Positions 24,476 to 34,423 of a stretch of DNA of 64,000 nucleotides are shown piece by piece. A program made the position numbers and the translations under genes. This stretch comes from Phycisphaerales bacterium (lineage in GTDB: Bacteria; Planctomycetota; Phycisphaerae; Phycisphaerales; UBA1924), in contig OZ245777.1 of NCBI GenBank assembly GCA_965227775.1, positions 736,001 to 800,000 on the forward strand. The letters run 5' to 3'. How positions within the stretch are numbered: the stretch's first letter is position 1; every line of letters starts with the position of its first letter. The notes beneath the pieces were generated by a model. The model ran no database searches. It was not told where the DNA came from and saw only the letters and a program-made list of their open reading frames with translations.

Positions 24476-24509
24476 GTGTAATGGTCAGACTTGTCGCTTG
24501 AGCAAACGC

Positions 24510-25169
24510 TCAGGAAGCGCGACGACGACGCACGGCAACGAGGCCGAGACCCGCCATGGCGAGAGCGGCGCTGCCAGGGAGGGGGATCACGGTGAACAGG
24601 AAGTCACGCGTGCCATTGCCCTTGAGCCAGCCGCGACCAGCCCAGCCGGTGCTGCCTGGCAAGCGATGCCCATCGTCAAGGAACAGGAACATGGCAGCTC
24701 CGCCCTTGAGTTCGAGATCAAAATCGGTCGGGCCCGTCAGGCCGTAGTCACCGAGGGCGCTGAGCGTGCCAGAATTGTCGGCGCCGCTCACGGACGTCCA
24801 GCCATCTCCAGCATCAACCACCGTCATGGTGAAGTCGAGTGCGTACAGCCCTGCGCCGAATGTGTACGTGGAGCCGGGTGCCTCGCCACCGTAAACCTGA
24901 CCCGAGATCGAAATCGTCAACACGCCACTATCTTCGATGACCTTGAGGACCACGTTTGCCCCATTCTCTTGGAACGAGAACGTGGTCGTGCCACCGGCTC
25001 CGCCCGAATCAGCAAACTGGTTGTCGAGTCGAAGGCCATAGCCCGGAGGGTTCTTTTGGCCGTTCGGATGATCGCCAAGTCTTGCTTCAAACAAGGTCAC
25101 CGGGTCCGCCAGCGCGGTCGTGGCCAAGGCTGCCCCGGCCACAACACCGAGAATCACTGCTTTGCTCAT
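24510..25169 (-). CDS. PEP-CTERM-like (IPLP-type) exosortase-target protein
   Basis: Signal peptide; C-terminal VIPLPGSAALAMAGLGLVAVRRRR. Confidence 0.88.
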   Translation of the reverse strand: MSKAVILGVVAGAALATTALADPVTLFEARLGDHPNGQKNPPGYGLRLDNQFADSGGAGGTTTFSFQENGANVVLKVIEDSGVLTISISGQVYGGEAPGSTYTFGAGLYALDFTMTVVDAGDGWTSVSGADNSGTLSALGDYGLTGPTDFDLELKGGAAMFLFLDDGHRLPGSTGWAGRGWLKGNGTRDFLFTVIPLPGSAALAMAGLGLVAVRRRRAS

Positions 25170-25554
25170 TTCAAATCCCTCTCAATTCTCAACGACGCGG
25201 GCTTTCCCTCAGGCCACGACGCCCCTCCGACACGACCGCCCCATGGAAGCCGCGATAGCACAGGATACCCCGGATACACATATGATGTATCCGTATGAAC
25301 AGGCATTGAACGCAAAATGATCCGGTTTTTGCGCCCTGTGAACAGACGGCGACACCCCGGATCTCCAGAAACCCCCGGCTTGACACATTCTCGGGAGTTC
25401 AGCGGTGCCCGGGTCAGTGGCGCACTTGCGGTTTGAGAGGCGGTGACCCCGGACAACCGCCGGGATGCCCGCCTGGCGCGCCATCAATGCTGTGCTGGTA
25501 CCATCGCCCGTGGCCGATCCATCAATAGCCCCCGCTGCCGAGCCGCCGACCCCG

Positions 25555-26544
25555 ATGCCGCATACGCCGCGGTCCGAGCGGGTTGATCCGACGCTCTATC
25601 TCCACCCCGCCACCCTGGCCCGCCTTGGCAGCCTCGAGCTGAGGGCCAAGATGATCGTCGAGGGCGTCATGAGCGGCGCCCACCGCAGCCCCTACCAGGG
25701 CCAATCCGTCGAGTTCGCCCAGCACCGCCAGTACGTCGCCGGCGACGACCTTCGACACCTCGATTGGAAGGTCTACGGCCGAAGCGACAAGCTCTACCTC
25801 AAGCAGTACCAGCAGGAAACAAACCTCGACCTCGTCGTGCTCGTCGATGCCTCGGGCTCCATGGCCTACGGCAGCCGCACGTTCTCAGACGCGGCGGCCA
25901 CTGGTGATGCAACGGGCCCCAGCGGCCAGAGCAACTGGCGGAAAATCGACCACGCCACCGCGCTCGCCGCGGCGCTCAGCTATGTCACGCTCCGGCAGGG
26001 CGATCGCGTTGGCCTGTACACCTTCGCGGACGGCATCTTGGGTGGCGTTGAACGTTCCAGCAGCCAAGGCAGCTGGCGCCGCATCGTTGCGGCCCTCGCG
26101 CAGGCGCCGGTCGATGGCGAAGCCGAGTTTGCGCGCGTGTTCGATCAGGTGTTGGGCAAGCTGACCAACAAGTGCTTGCTGGTCGTGCTCAGCGACTTCT
26201 TCACCGACCCGAGCCTGCTCGAGGCAGCGTGGGCGCGTGCGAAGTACCGCGGCCACGACGCGATCGCCTTTCAAGTGCTCGACCAGAGCGAGACCGACTT
26301 CGCGTTCAAGGACCCTGCGCCGTTTGAGGGATTGGAGGGCGAAGGCAAGCTGCGCATCGACCCGCGCGCCTTGCGCCCTGCGTACCTCGAAGCGTTCGCC
26401 GAACACACTCAAGCGGTCGAGCGCGGCATCCGGCGTGTTGGCTTTGACTTCCATCGCCTGAGCACGCACGACTGGCTCGGTCCGCCGCTAGCCGCATACG
26501 CCGCCCGTCGCGAGAGCCTGCTGAAGCGGAGCAAGATGGGGTGA
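25555..26544 (+). CDS. DUF58 family protein (vWA-like)
   Basis: GAHRSPYQGQSVEFAQHRQYVAGDDLRHLDWKVYGR, VDASGSM, LSDF; start uncertain. Confidence 0.92.
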   Translation: MPHTPRSERVDPTLYLHPATLARLGSLELRAKMIVEGVMSGAHRSPYQGQSVEFAQHRQYVAGDDLRHLDWKVYGRSDKLYLKQYQQETNLDLVVLVDASGSMAYGSRTFSDAAATGDATGPSGQSNWRKIDHATALAAALSYVTLRQGDRVGLYTFADGILGGVERSSSQGSWRRIVAALAQAPVDGEAEFARVFDQVLGKLTNKCLLVVLSDFFTDPSLLEAAWARAKYRGHDAIAFQVLDQSETDFAFKDPAPFEGLEGEGKLRIDPRALRPAYLEAFAEHTQAVERGIRRVGFDFHRLSTHDWLGPPLAAYAARRESLLKRSKMG

Positions 26545-26551
26545 GCGTCGC

Positions 26552-28915
26552 ATGAGCTTCCTCAACCCGCTCATTCTGTCGGCTGGGCTCGCCGCGATCG
26601 CGATCCCCATCGCGATCCACCTGCTGATGCGCAGGCGACGCCAGCCCACGCCCTGGGCCGCCATGCGCTTCCTGATGGAAGCCATCCGCAAGCGTCGCCG
26701 GCGCCTGCAGCTCGAGCGACTGCTGCTGCTAGCAGTGCGCTGCCTGCTCGTCGCCGCCATCGCGCTCGCGCTGGGACGCCCGACGATCCGAGGGTTGGCC
26801 GGCGATTCTCCGTTCGGCTCGGCCTCGGTCACGCTTGCGATTGTGATCGACGACTCGATCGCTTCGGGCGCGCCTGATGGCGGGAGCGTCGTGGCGCTCG
26901 ATCGACATCGAGCGATGGCCGTCGAGCTGCTCGAGAGCCTCCGCCCCGAGCGCGGCGATCGCGCGATGCTCATCCCCGCGTCTGGACCGCTCGCAGGCCC
27001 GACCGATGCGCCAGCGCTCGCAAGCTTGGAGCCGACGAGCGACCTCGGCGCGCTCAGCCAGTTCCTCGAAGAGCTCACGCCCACCGATGCCGCTGCGGAT
27101 CTCACCGGAGCGCTCGCGCTGGTCGGTGAGCAGCTCGCCGCTGCCCAGCAGGATCAGGCGTCTGGTCGATGGGTCGTCGCCGTGCTCGCCGACGGGGTCT
27201 CGGGCGTGTACACCGATGCCGCGAGCGTACTGGCAACCGACGCGAGCGACGCGCGCGGCCCGGACGTAGCCGTGCTGGCCAGCAGCCCCGGACTCGCATC
27301 GATCGGGCCCGCCAGCGACTCGGGAATCGCCGCGCTCACACCCGTGCGCCCGGTGCTCGTGGTCGGACAGGGCGAGGCAGTCGCCGTCGGCGCACCTGCA
27401 CGCGTCACCGTCGGCCGCTCTGGAGAAGGGCTCGACGCCGAAGCAACGGTGCCGGTTCGATTGCGGTTCGTCGACGACGGCGGCCCTGGGCCGTGGAGCG
27501 CCGCAACGGCGCGCCTGCGCCCGGGCGAGCGCACGGCGTCGGTCGTGCTCGATGCCCAGGTCGTCGGCAGGCCCCGCGGGCTCGCGTGGCTCGAGGCGCG
27601 GGTTGGTAGCGACGACGGCGACCTTGGTGTTCCGGGCAACGACGTGGCCGTCGCCAGCATCTTGCTGCGTCGCCAACTGACTGTCGCAATCATCGACACG
27701 CCGGCAGCTCCAGGCGCGACCACCCGTGCACTCGACCCAGAAGACCCCGCCGCGTGGCTGCGCGCCGCTCTCGCACCCGATGCGCTTGGGGAAGACGACC
27801 CGCTCGCCGACATCGCCGCGACGACGCTCGACCCTTCGGTGGTCGACACGCCCCGCCTGGCACGCGCCGATGCGGCGTTCGTGCTCTCGCCGGCCGATGT
27901 TCGCGCGAGCGGGTGGCGGGCGCTGGCTGAGTTCGCGCGAGCCGGTGGATTGGTTGCCGTGTTTCCCGATCCCGCCAGTTCGCTCGCGCCGTGGGGTGAT
28001 GCGTTCAACCGCGCCTTTGAGCTGCCGTGGAGCATCGGGCCCGAGGCGATCACCCACGAGCAGCCGCTCGCGATGGCGCAAGCCGCCGGCGATGATCCAC
28101 TCGGACTGCTTCGACTGATCGAGGGCGAGCTCGAGTCGCTCTTGCGACCGGTCACCGTCACTCGGCACATGCCGCTGGCGATTGAACCCGGCGGCATCGG
28201 CGAACGACTGCTGACGATGAACGACGGCACGCCCGCCGCGCTGGTCGCCCGGCCCGGCGGAAGCGGAAGCGATGGGCTCGTGATCGTGTTCGCCGTTCCG
28301 ATGGCGGCAAGCTGGACCGACCTGCCCGCGCGACCCGTCATGGTGCCGCTCGCACAAGAGCTTGCGCGCGCGGGCGTGGGCCTGGCGGTGGGCTCGCGGC
28401 CCTCGACCGCGGGCGCGCGCCCGAACGCGCCCGCGTTGGCAGCGCAGCTGCGCCCTGGCTGGTCGCTCGCGGCGGGCGGATCGATCTCGCCGGCAACCGT
28501 TGACGACGAGGGCCGCGCCGCTCGTCCGCTCCGGCGGGCCGGTCCGTGGCTTGCGCTCGATGGTGCCGGCCGACCCATTGGTGTGGTTGCCGTCGCGCCC
28601 GATCACCGCGGCACGGCGCGAGAGCGCGTTGAGCGCACCCGCGTACGCGAGATCATTGCCGGCGGGCTGGGCGTTGATCTCTCGAGCGATACGTCGCTCA
28701 CGTGGCTCGATCGGCCGGGCGGGGCGAGCGAGGACGCCGTCGCACCCTCCGATGCGATGGCGCGCACGGAGCCGAGCCTCGCACTCGGCGCAATCTTGCT
28801 CGGCGCCGCGCTGCTGCTGGCAGCGATCGAGGCCGTCCTGGCCCGCCTGTTCAGCCATGCCCAGGTGACCGGCGCATCGGGCGTCGCAACGACCAGAACA
28901 CGGGAGGCTGCATAG
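26552..28915 (+). CDS. BatA-domain / vWA membrane protein
   Basis: MSFLNP..AAIAIPIAIHLL..RR..W.AMRFL double-TM N-terminus; VIDDS; C-terminal TM. Confidence 0.85.
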   Translation: MSFLNPLILSAGLAAIAIPIAIHLLMRRRRQPTPWAAMRFLMEAIRKRRRRLQLERLLLLAVRCLLVAAIALALGRPTIRGLAGDSPFGSASVTLAIVIDDSIASGAPDGGSVVALDRHRAMAVELLESLRPERGDRAMLIPASGPLAGPTDAPALASLEPTSDLGALSQFLEELTPTDAAADLTGALALVGEQLAAAQQDQASGRWVVAVLADGVSGVYTDAASVLATDASDARGPDVAVLASSPGLASIGPASDSGIAALTPVRPVLVVGQGEAVAVGAPARVTVGRSGEGLDAEATVPVRLRFVDDGGPGPWSAATARLRPGERTASVVLDAQVVGRPRGLAWLEARVGSDDGDLGVPGNDVAVASILLRRQLTVAIIDTPAAPGATTRALDPEDPAAWLRAALAPDALGEDDPLADIAATTLDPSVVDTPRLARADAAFVLSPADVRASGWRALAEFARAGGLVAVFPDPASSLAPWGDAFNRAFELPWSIGPEAITHEQPLAMAQAAGDDPLGLLRLIEGELESLLRPVTVTRHMPLAIEPGGIGERLLTMNDGTPAALVARPGGSGSDGLVIVFAVPMAASWTDLPARPVMVPLAQELARAGVGLAVGSRPSTAGARPNAPALAAQLRPGWSLAAGGSISPATVDDEGRAARPLRRAGPWLALDGAGRPIGVVAVAPDHRGTARERVERTRVREIIAGGLGVDLSSDTSLTWLDRPGGASEDAVAPSDAMARTEPSLALGAILLGAALLLAAIEAVLARLFSHAQVTGASGVATTRTREAA

Positions 28916-31330
28916 ATGCACGCACTCCTGGCACAAGCGACCAGCGCACCCAATGGCGCACTCAGCCGGTTGTTCTCGCTGCGCGAGCTCGGCTTTGGGC
29001 AAGACGGCGTCGCGCTCGGCTTCGATCGCCCGCTGCCCACCTGGGGCTGGGCGCTCGTCCTGATCGCGTGCATCGCCCTCGGCTGGTGGGGCTACCGCAA
29101 GCTCGAGGGCCTGCGACCAGCGCGCACGGCGCTCGCCGGCGTGCGGGCCATGCTGCTGCTTGTGCTCGTCATCCTCGCCTGCGGCCCGCGACTGGAACGC
29201 ACGAGCGAACGCCTTGAGCCCGACTGGGTGCTGGTGCTCGTCGATCGATCGGTGTCCATGCGTGTGGCCGACGCCCCCATCGCCGTCGAGGGCACCACGC
29301 GCGCGACGCGTGATCAGCAGATTCGCGCACTCCTCGACCAGCACGAGGCGATGTTCACCGACATCGCCGCAGATCGAGAGCTGGTCTGGCTCGGGTTCGA
29401 TGCGGCAGCCTTCGACTTGCGCGCACGCTCGGGCGGCGACGCGGACGAGCTCGGCCCACCCGAGCTTCCCGAGGCCGACGGTCGGCGGACGGCGCTGGGT
29501 TCTGCCATCACAGGCGCCCTCACGCGCGCGTCGGCCAGGCCGCTGTCCGCGGTTGTCGTCATGAGCGACGGCCGTTCGATCGATGCGCCGTCCGCCGCCG
29601 TCGTTCGCCGGCTGGTGGGCGAGCGCGTGCCCGTCCACGTGGTGCCCATCGGCAGCCCGGAGGCGTCCACCGACGTCGCGATCGTGCAAGCCGTCGCCCC
29701 CGAGGCCGCGTTCGCCGGCGACCAGGCACCCGTGCGTGTCCGCATCGATCGTCGCGGGCCGGCCGGCGGGGCTTCGGGCGTGCTGCGGCTGATCGATCGC
29801 ACCACGGGCGAGGCTATCGACGAGGTCCGCATCGACGCCGGCGACGAGCGATGGCAGGAGGACGAGATCGTCCTGACGCTGGTCGCGAGCGAGTTGCAGG
29901 CCGGAGAGACCGATTGGCAGGTGCGCTTTGTTCCCGACGAGCCCGACCTGCTGAGCGAGAACGACGCCGCCGACCTGAGCGTGCGCGTGGTCGATCGCGC
30001 ACTCCGCGTGCTGTTCATCGACGGCAGCCCGCGCTGGGAGCGACGCTACCTCACCAGCATGCTGCTGCGAGAGCCGAGCGTACGAAGCAGCTCGCTGCTG
30101 CTCGCGGCGCGGCGGAGCTTCATCGAGGAAGGCAACGTCACGATCGGTTTCCCGCCTACCAGCGACGAAGAGTGGGCCGAGTACGACGTCATCGTGCTGG
30201 GTGATGTGCGCTCGGGCCTGTTCAGCGCTGAGCAGCTCGACCAGCTGCGCGAGCACGTGGCCAGCCGCGGCGCGGGGCTCTTGTGGGTGGGCGGCGAGGC
30301 CAACACGCCGGCGAGCTGGCGCGGCACGCCCCTCGAAGACCTGTTGCCGTTCCGCATGGACCAGGGCGCGGGCGTGTCAGACTCGAGCCGACCCGTGGTG
30401 CTCGATCGCACCGCATCGGGCGAACGGCTGGGCGTGCTGCGGCTCGATGAGAACCTGACGAGCTGGCCCGAATACCTGACGGATCCGCAGACGGGCTGGA
30501 ATCGGCTGTGGTGGAGCCAACGAATCGACGACGCGGCGCTCAAGCCCACCGCCGAGGTGCTCGCACGCTTCCTGCCGGCCGAGGGCGCAGGCCCCGCGAC
30601 GCCCGCGGTGCTGACCATGCCCTATGGGTCGGGCCGCGTGGTGTATGTGGCGACCGACGAGATCTGGCGATACCGCTATGGTCGCGGCGAGCCCTTGTTC
30701 GAGCGCTTCTACTTGCCGCTTGTGCGCATGCAGGCGCGCGGCCGGCTGGCACGCACCGGGGCCGAGGCGGCGCTCAGCGTGTCGCCACGGCCCGCGCTGG
30801 TCGAACGCCCCACGCGCGTCGAGGTCCGCCTGCTCGATCAATCGCTCGTCGATCGCCGTCTGCCCGCCGTCCGGGCGCAGGTGCGTCCCATCGGCGAGGG
30901 TGCGCAGTCGGTCGCGCCGCAATCGCTCACGCTGGGCATCGAGGACACCGGCGCCCGCCGCGCGCTCTCGCAGGGCTATGCCGCCTCGTGGCTGCCGACC
31001 GAGCCAGGCACCTACGAGATCATCATCGATGAGCCGCTGCTGGCACCATTGGGCCTGCGCATCGAGGTGGAAGTGCTGGCCGATAGCGACGAGCTGCGCG
31101 ACCCGATGGCCGACCACGAGCTCCTGGCCTCGCTGGCCGAGCGCACGGGTGGCCGCGTGTTCGGCGCGGAGACCCTGGGCGAGCTGCCCTCGGCGCTACC
31201 CCGCCGCGAGGTGGTCATCGCGGGCCAGCCGCAGCTCGAGCCGCTGTGGGATCGCCCGATCGTGCTCATCGTGCTGCTATTGCTGCTTGCGAGCGAGTGG
31301 GTCGGGCGGCGGCTGATTCGACTGATTTGA
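28916..31330 (+). CDS. Membrane protein with vWA-like and GATase1-like domains
   Basis: VLVDRSVSM, VMSDGRS, RVLFIDGSPRWERRYL, YDVIVLGDV, YGSGRVVY..DEIWRYR, EWVGRR terminus. Confidence 0.8.
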   Translation: MHALLAQATSAPNGALSRLFSLRELGFGQDGVALGFDRPLPTWGWALVLIACIALGWWGYRKLEGLRPARTALAGVRAMLLLVLVILACGPRLERTSERLEPDWVLVLVDRSVSMRVADAPIAVEGTTRATRDQQIRALLDQHEAMFTDIAADRELVWLGFDAAAFDLRARSGGDADELGPPELPEADGRRTALGSAITGALTRASARPLSAVVVMSDGRSIDAPSAAVVRRLVGERVPVHVVPIGSPEASTDVAIVQAVAPEAAFAGDQAPVRVRIDRRGPAGGASGVLRLIDRTTGEAIDEVRIDAGDERWQEDEIVLTLVASELQAGETDWQVRFVPDEPDLLSENDAADLSVRVVDRALRVLFIDGSPRWERRYLTSMLLREPSVRSSSLLLAARRSFIEEGNVTIGFPPTSDEEWAEYDVIVLGDVRSGLFSAEQLDQLREHVASRGAGLLWVGGEANTPASWRGTPLEDLLPFRMDQGAGVSDSSRPVVLDRTASGERLGVLRLDENLTSWPEYLTDPQTGWNRLWWSQRIDDAALKPTAEVLARFLPAEGAGPATPAVLTMPYGSGRVVYVATDEIWRYRYGRGEPLFERFYLPLVRMQARGRLARTGAEAALSVSPRPALVERPTRVEVRLLDQSLVDRRLPAVRAQVRPIGEGAQSVAPQSLTLGIEDTGARRALSQGYAASWLPTEPGTYEIIIDEPLLAPLGLRIEVEVLADSDELRDPMADHELLASLAERTGGRVFGAETLGELPSALPRREVVIAGQPQLEPLWDRPIVLIVLLLLLASEWVGRRLIRLI

Positions 31331-31360
31331 TCGTCTTTGGTGGGGGATGGAGCGAAGAGC

Positions 31361-32560
31361 ATGAAGACGCTGAGGAATCTGGCGTGCATCTCGGGCGTGG
31401 TGGTACTGGCATCCGCTGTGATGGCGCAGTCCGGCGGCGAGCCGAGCGCCGAAAAGCTTGCCCAAGCACGTGAGATGCGCGACAAGGCCGTGGCGTACCT
31501 GATGAACGAGCAGGACGCCGACACCGGCGGCTGGAGCGTGCGCCCCGAGGGCCCGAACCTGCCCGCGATCACAGGCCTGGTGCTTCTGGGCATGACAGCC
31601 GACGACACGCTCCCGCAGCGCGATGATGCAACGAAGCAATCGATCGACCGCGCGTTCGAGTTCATCTATGGCTACCAGCAGGGCGACGGCGGCATCTACG
31701 ACCAGATCCTTCCGCAATACAACACCGCCATCTCACTCGCGGCACTCTCTCGCCTCGACACGCAGCGATCGCGCGACGCCGTGAAAGAAGCGCTTGCCTT
31801 CCTGCGCACCTTGCAATACGCCGAAGACAACGAGAATCCGGAGCTGCGCGTCTCTCGCGCGCACCCGTTCTATGGCGGCATCGGCTATGGCGGGAGTGGG
31901 CGTCCCGACAACAGCAACATGCACATGTTCATGATGGCCCTCGAAGAAGCCGGCGTGCCCAGCGATGATCCGGCCGTGCAGAGGGCCCTCGTGTTCCTGC
32001 AACGCACGCAGATGGATAGCCGTGTGAACGAGATGCCTTATGCAGAGGGCTCGCGTCAGGGAGGGTTCATCTATGCGACGAGCCCCAGTGGCGAGCAGAT
32101 CGGCGTGGGCGAGAGCAAGGCGGGCATGATCGAAGAAACGCTCAGCGACGGCTCAACCGCCAGTCGACTGCGCGCGTATGGCTCGATGACGTATGCCGGA
32201 TTCAAGAGCTACCTCTATGCCGATCTGCCCAAGGACGACGTTCGCGTCACGGCTGCCCAGATGTGGATTGGCGAGAACTACACGCTCGAAGAGAACCCCG
32301 GCATCGGCACGGACGGGTATTACTACTACATCCTCACGTTCTCACGCGCGCTCGATGCCTTCGGCGAACCGACGCTCCAGGTCGTCGCCGATGACCGTTC
32401 GAGGCGCGACGTGAACTGGGCCGACGATTTGATCGATCAGCTCGCCAAGCTCCAGAACGATGACGGCTCCTTCCGCTCGGTCGATGACCGCTGGATGGAG
32501 AACAACCCCGTGCTGATCACCGCGTACACGCTGATTGCGCTGGGCGAGGTGCTCGACTGA
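31361..32560 (+). CDS. Secreted prenyltransferase/squalene-oxidase-repeat (alpha/alpha toroid) protein
   Basis: Signal peptide; QW-like repeats (EQDADTGGW, YQQGDGGI, LQNDDGSF). Confidence 0.85.
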   Translation: MKTLRNLACISGVVVLASAVMAQSGGEPSAEKLAQAREMRDKAVAYLMNEQDADTGGWSVRPEGPNLPAITGLVLLGMTADDTLPQRDDATKQSIDRAFEFIYGYQQGDGGIYDQILPQYNTAISLAALSRLDTQRSRDAVKEALAFLRTLQYAEDNENPELRVSRAHPFYGGIGYGGSGRPDNSNMHMFMMALEEAGVPSDDPAVQRALVFLQRTQMDSRVNEMPYAEGSRQGGFIYATSPSGEQIGVGESKAGMIEETLSDGSTASRLRAYGSMTYAGFKSYLYADLPKDDVRVTAAQMWIGENYTLEENPGIGTDGYYYYILTFSRALDAFGEPTLQVVADDRSRRDVNWADDLIDQLAKLQNDDGSFRSVDDRWMENNPVLITAYTLIALGEVLD

Positions 32561-34312
32561 TCACAATCCCGTCGCGACGACGCCGGTTCGTTGCTCGTCG
32601 AGCACCCGGTGGACATCTTGGATACAGATCGATCCCTCGCCGACGGCGCTTGCGACCCGCTTGACGCTGCCGGCCCGAACGTCGCCCGCGGCAAACACGC
32701 CCGGCAGGCTCGTCTCGAGCGGGTGCGGCGGTCGCTCGAGCGGCCATGAACCACCGCTCTGATCGGCCTGCCCGACGGCGCCGCCCGTGCACACGAAGCC
32801 GTTCTCGTCGAGATCGAGCGTGCCGCGAAGCCAGTCGGTGTTCGCAATTGCACCGATCATGAGGAACACGTGACGGATGGGCTTGCTGGTGGTCTCGCCC
32901 CCGCAACGCCACTCGACGGACTCGAGCCAGCCGTCACCGGAAAGCGACACGAGCGAGGCCTCGGTCAACAGGCTGATGCGTTCGGAAGACTTGATGCGTT
33001 GCAGCAGGTAGTCGCTCATGCTCTTGGCCGGGCTCTTGCCACGGATGAGCATGTGCACGTGCCGGGCCTGCCCGCTCAGGTAGACCGCGGCCTGGCCAGC
33101 AGAGTTGCCGCCGCCCACGACGACGACCTCTTCCCCGCCGCACAGGTCCGCCTCGACGGACGTCGCGGCGAAGTGGATGCCGTTGTTCTCGAATCGACCC
33201 GAATCATCGATCGAGAGCCGGCGCCAGCGGGCGCCGTTCGCGATCACGACGCTGCGTGTGCGCACCGGCTCTCCCTGATCGAGCTCCAGCTCGTACCCAC
33301 CGCCGTCACGCTTGCATGTGTTGAGCTTCGTGACACGCCGGGGCAGCGTGAGGCGGGCGCCGAACTTCTGCGCCTGCACCTGGGCGCGATCGGCCAGCTC
33401 CTGGCCACTCAGGCCGACGGGGAAGCCAAGGTAGTTCTCGATCCGGCTGCTGCTGCCGGCCTGGCCGCCCGGCGCTTCGGACTCGATCACGAGCGTCGAG
33501 AGGCCCTCGCTGGCGGCGTACGTCGCGGCCGCCAAGCCCGCCGGCCCGGCGCCGATGACCGTCACGTCGTACACGTGCGAATCCGTCGGCACCTCGGTCA
33601 GGCCCAGGCACTCTGCCAGCTTCGCGCGGCTGGGCTTGCGCAGCATCGATCCGTCGGGGCAGATCGCCACGGGCAGATCCTCGCGTGCGATCGAATGCGA
33701 GGAATTCGTGTCGACAATCCCCTTGGCCGCCTCGTCATCAAACCGCAGCACGCGAACGGGATGGGCGTTTCGACGCAGGAACCGCTCGAGTTCGAGCATG
33801 CCCGCGGTCGTCTTATCGCCGATGAGCGTAACCGCGCCCTGCGCGTGATCCACGAGCCCCATCCGCCTCAGGATGAACGCGCGCAGCACGATGTTGCCAA
33901 TGTCCGGCTCGGCGGTCATCAGGCGCGCGAACTGGTCTCGTGGCACACGGATGATGCTCGGCTGCTCGCACCGGGCATCGTCGACCATCACACGACCGCT
34001 GACGAGGATCTTGCGATCGCTGAACAGGTCGAGCTCGCCGGTGAAGCCGCCCTCCTTGTGGACATGCACGACCTCGGGCTCGGCCGCGTCGGGCGCACCA
34101 TGGAAGATCTCGACGCGACCCTTGAGGATCACGAAGAAGTCGACCGACCGCTGGCCTTGCTCGAACAGGAGCGCCCCGCACGGCAAGTGCTCGACCGAGC
34201 CGAACCGCTCGATCCGCTCCAGGTGCTCGTCGCTCAGTCGCGGAAACGCGTGCCGGTCATCGCGCGTGGCCGACCCGGGTGGTGAGGACGGAGTCCTGGG
34301 CTTGGAGTGCAT
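32561..34312 (-). CDS. Cyclic-nucleotide-binding domain fused to thioredoxin-reductase-like FAD oxidoreductase
   Basis: N-terminal cNMP fold (LFEQGQ..DFFVILKG..GGFTGEL); IGAGPAG, SRIENYLGFP, VGGGNSAGQAA, FAAGDVR..KRVASAVGEG. Confidence 0.92.
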   Translation of the reverse strand: MHSKPRTPSSPPGSATRDDRHAFPRLSDEHLERIERFGSVEHLPCGALLFEQGQRSVDFFVILKGRVEIFHGAPDAAEPEVVHVHKEGGFTGELDLFSDRKILVSGRVMVDDARCEQPSIIRVPRDQFARLMTAEPDIGNIVLRAFILRRMGLVDHAQGAVTLIGDKTTAGMLELERFLRRNAHPVRVLRFDDEAAKGIVDTNSSHSIAREDLPVAICPDGSMLRKPSRAKLAECLGLTEVPTDSHVYDVTVIGAGPAGLAAATYAASEGLSTLVIESEAPGGQAGSSSRIENYLGFPVGLSGQELADRAQVQAQKFGARLTLPRRVTKLNTCKRDGGGYELELDQGEPVRTRSVVIANGARWRRLSIDDSGRFENNGIHFAATSVEADLCGGEEVVVVGGGNSAGQAAVYLSGQARHVHMLIRGKSPAKSMSDYLLQRIKSSERISLLTEASLVSLSGDGWLESVEWRCGGETTSKPIRHVFLMIGAIANTDWLRGTLDLDENGFVCTGGAVGQADQSGGSWPLERPPHPLETSLPGVFAAGDVRAGSVKRVASAVGEGSICIQDVHRVLDEQRTGVVATGL

Positions 34313-34391
34313 GGCGGATCGTACCATCACACCCGGCTGAGGTAACGAGCGAATGGTGCTCACCGGCGCGCATGCACGTTTCGTAAAGCTG

Positions 34392-34421
34392 AAAACGCCG
34401 CGCCCGCTCTCGCGGGCGGCG
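34392..34421 (-). terminator. Intrinsic terminator after the slipin gene
   Basis: CGCCGCCCGC-GAGA-GCGGGCGCGGCG-TTTT on the minus strand. Confidence 0.65.
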
Positions 34422-34423
34422 GG

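Noticed and set aside
26729..30256. 1175-aa ORF on the minus strand
   Set aside because: Antisense shadow of the GC-rich BatA/vWA genes; Arg/Ala/Gly-rich with no recognisable motifs
31361..32560. Squalene-hopene cyclase call
   Set aside because: Too short, has a signal peptide and lacks the DxDD catalytic motif
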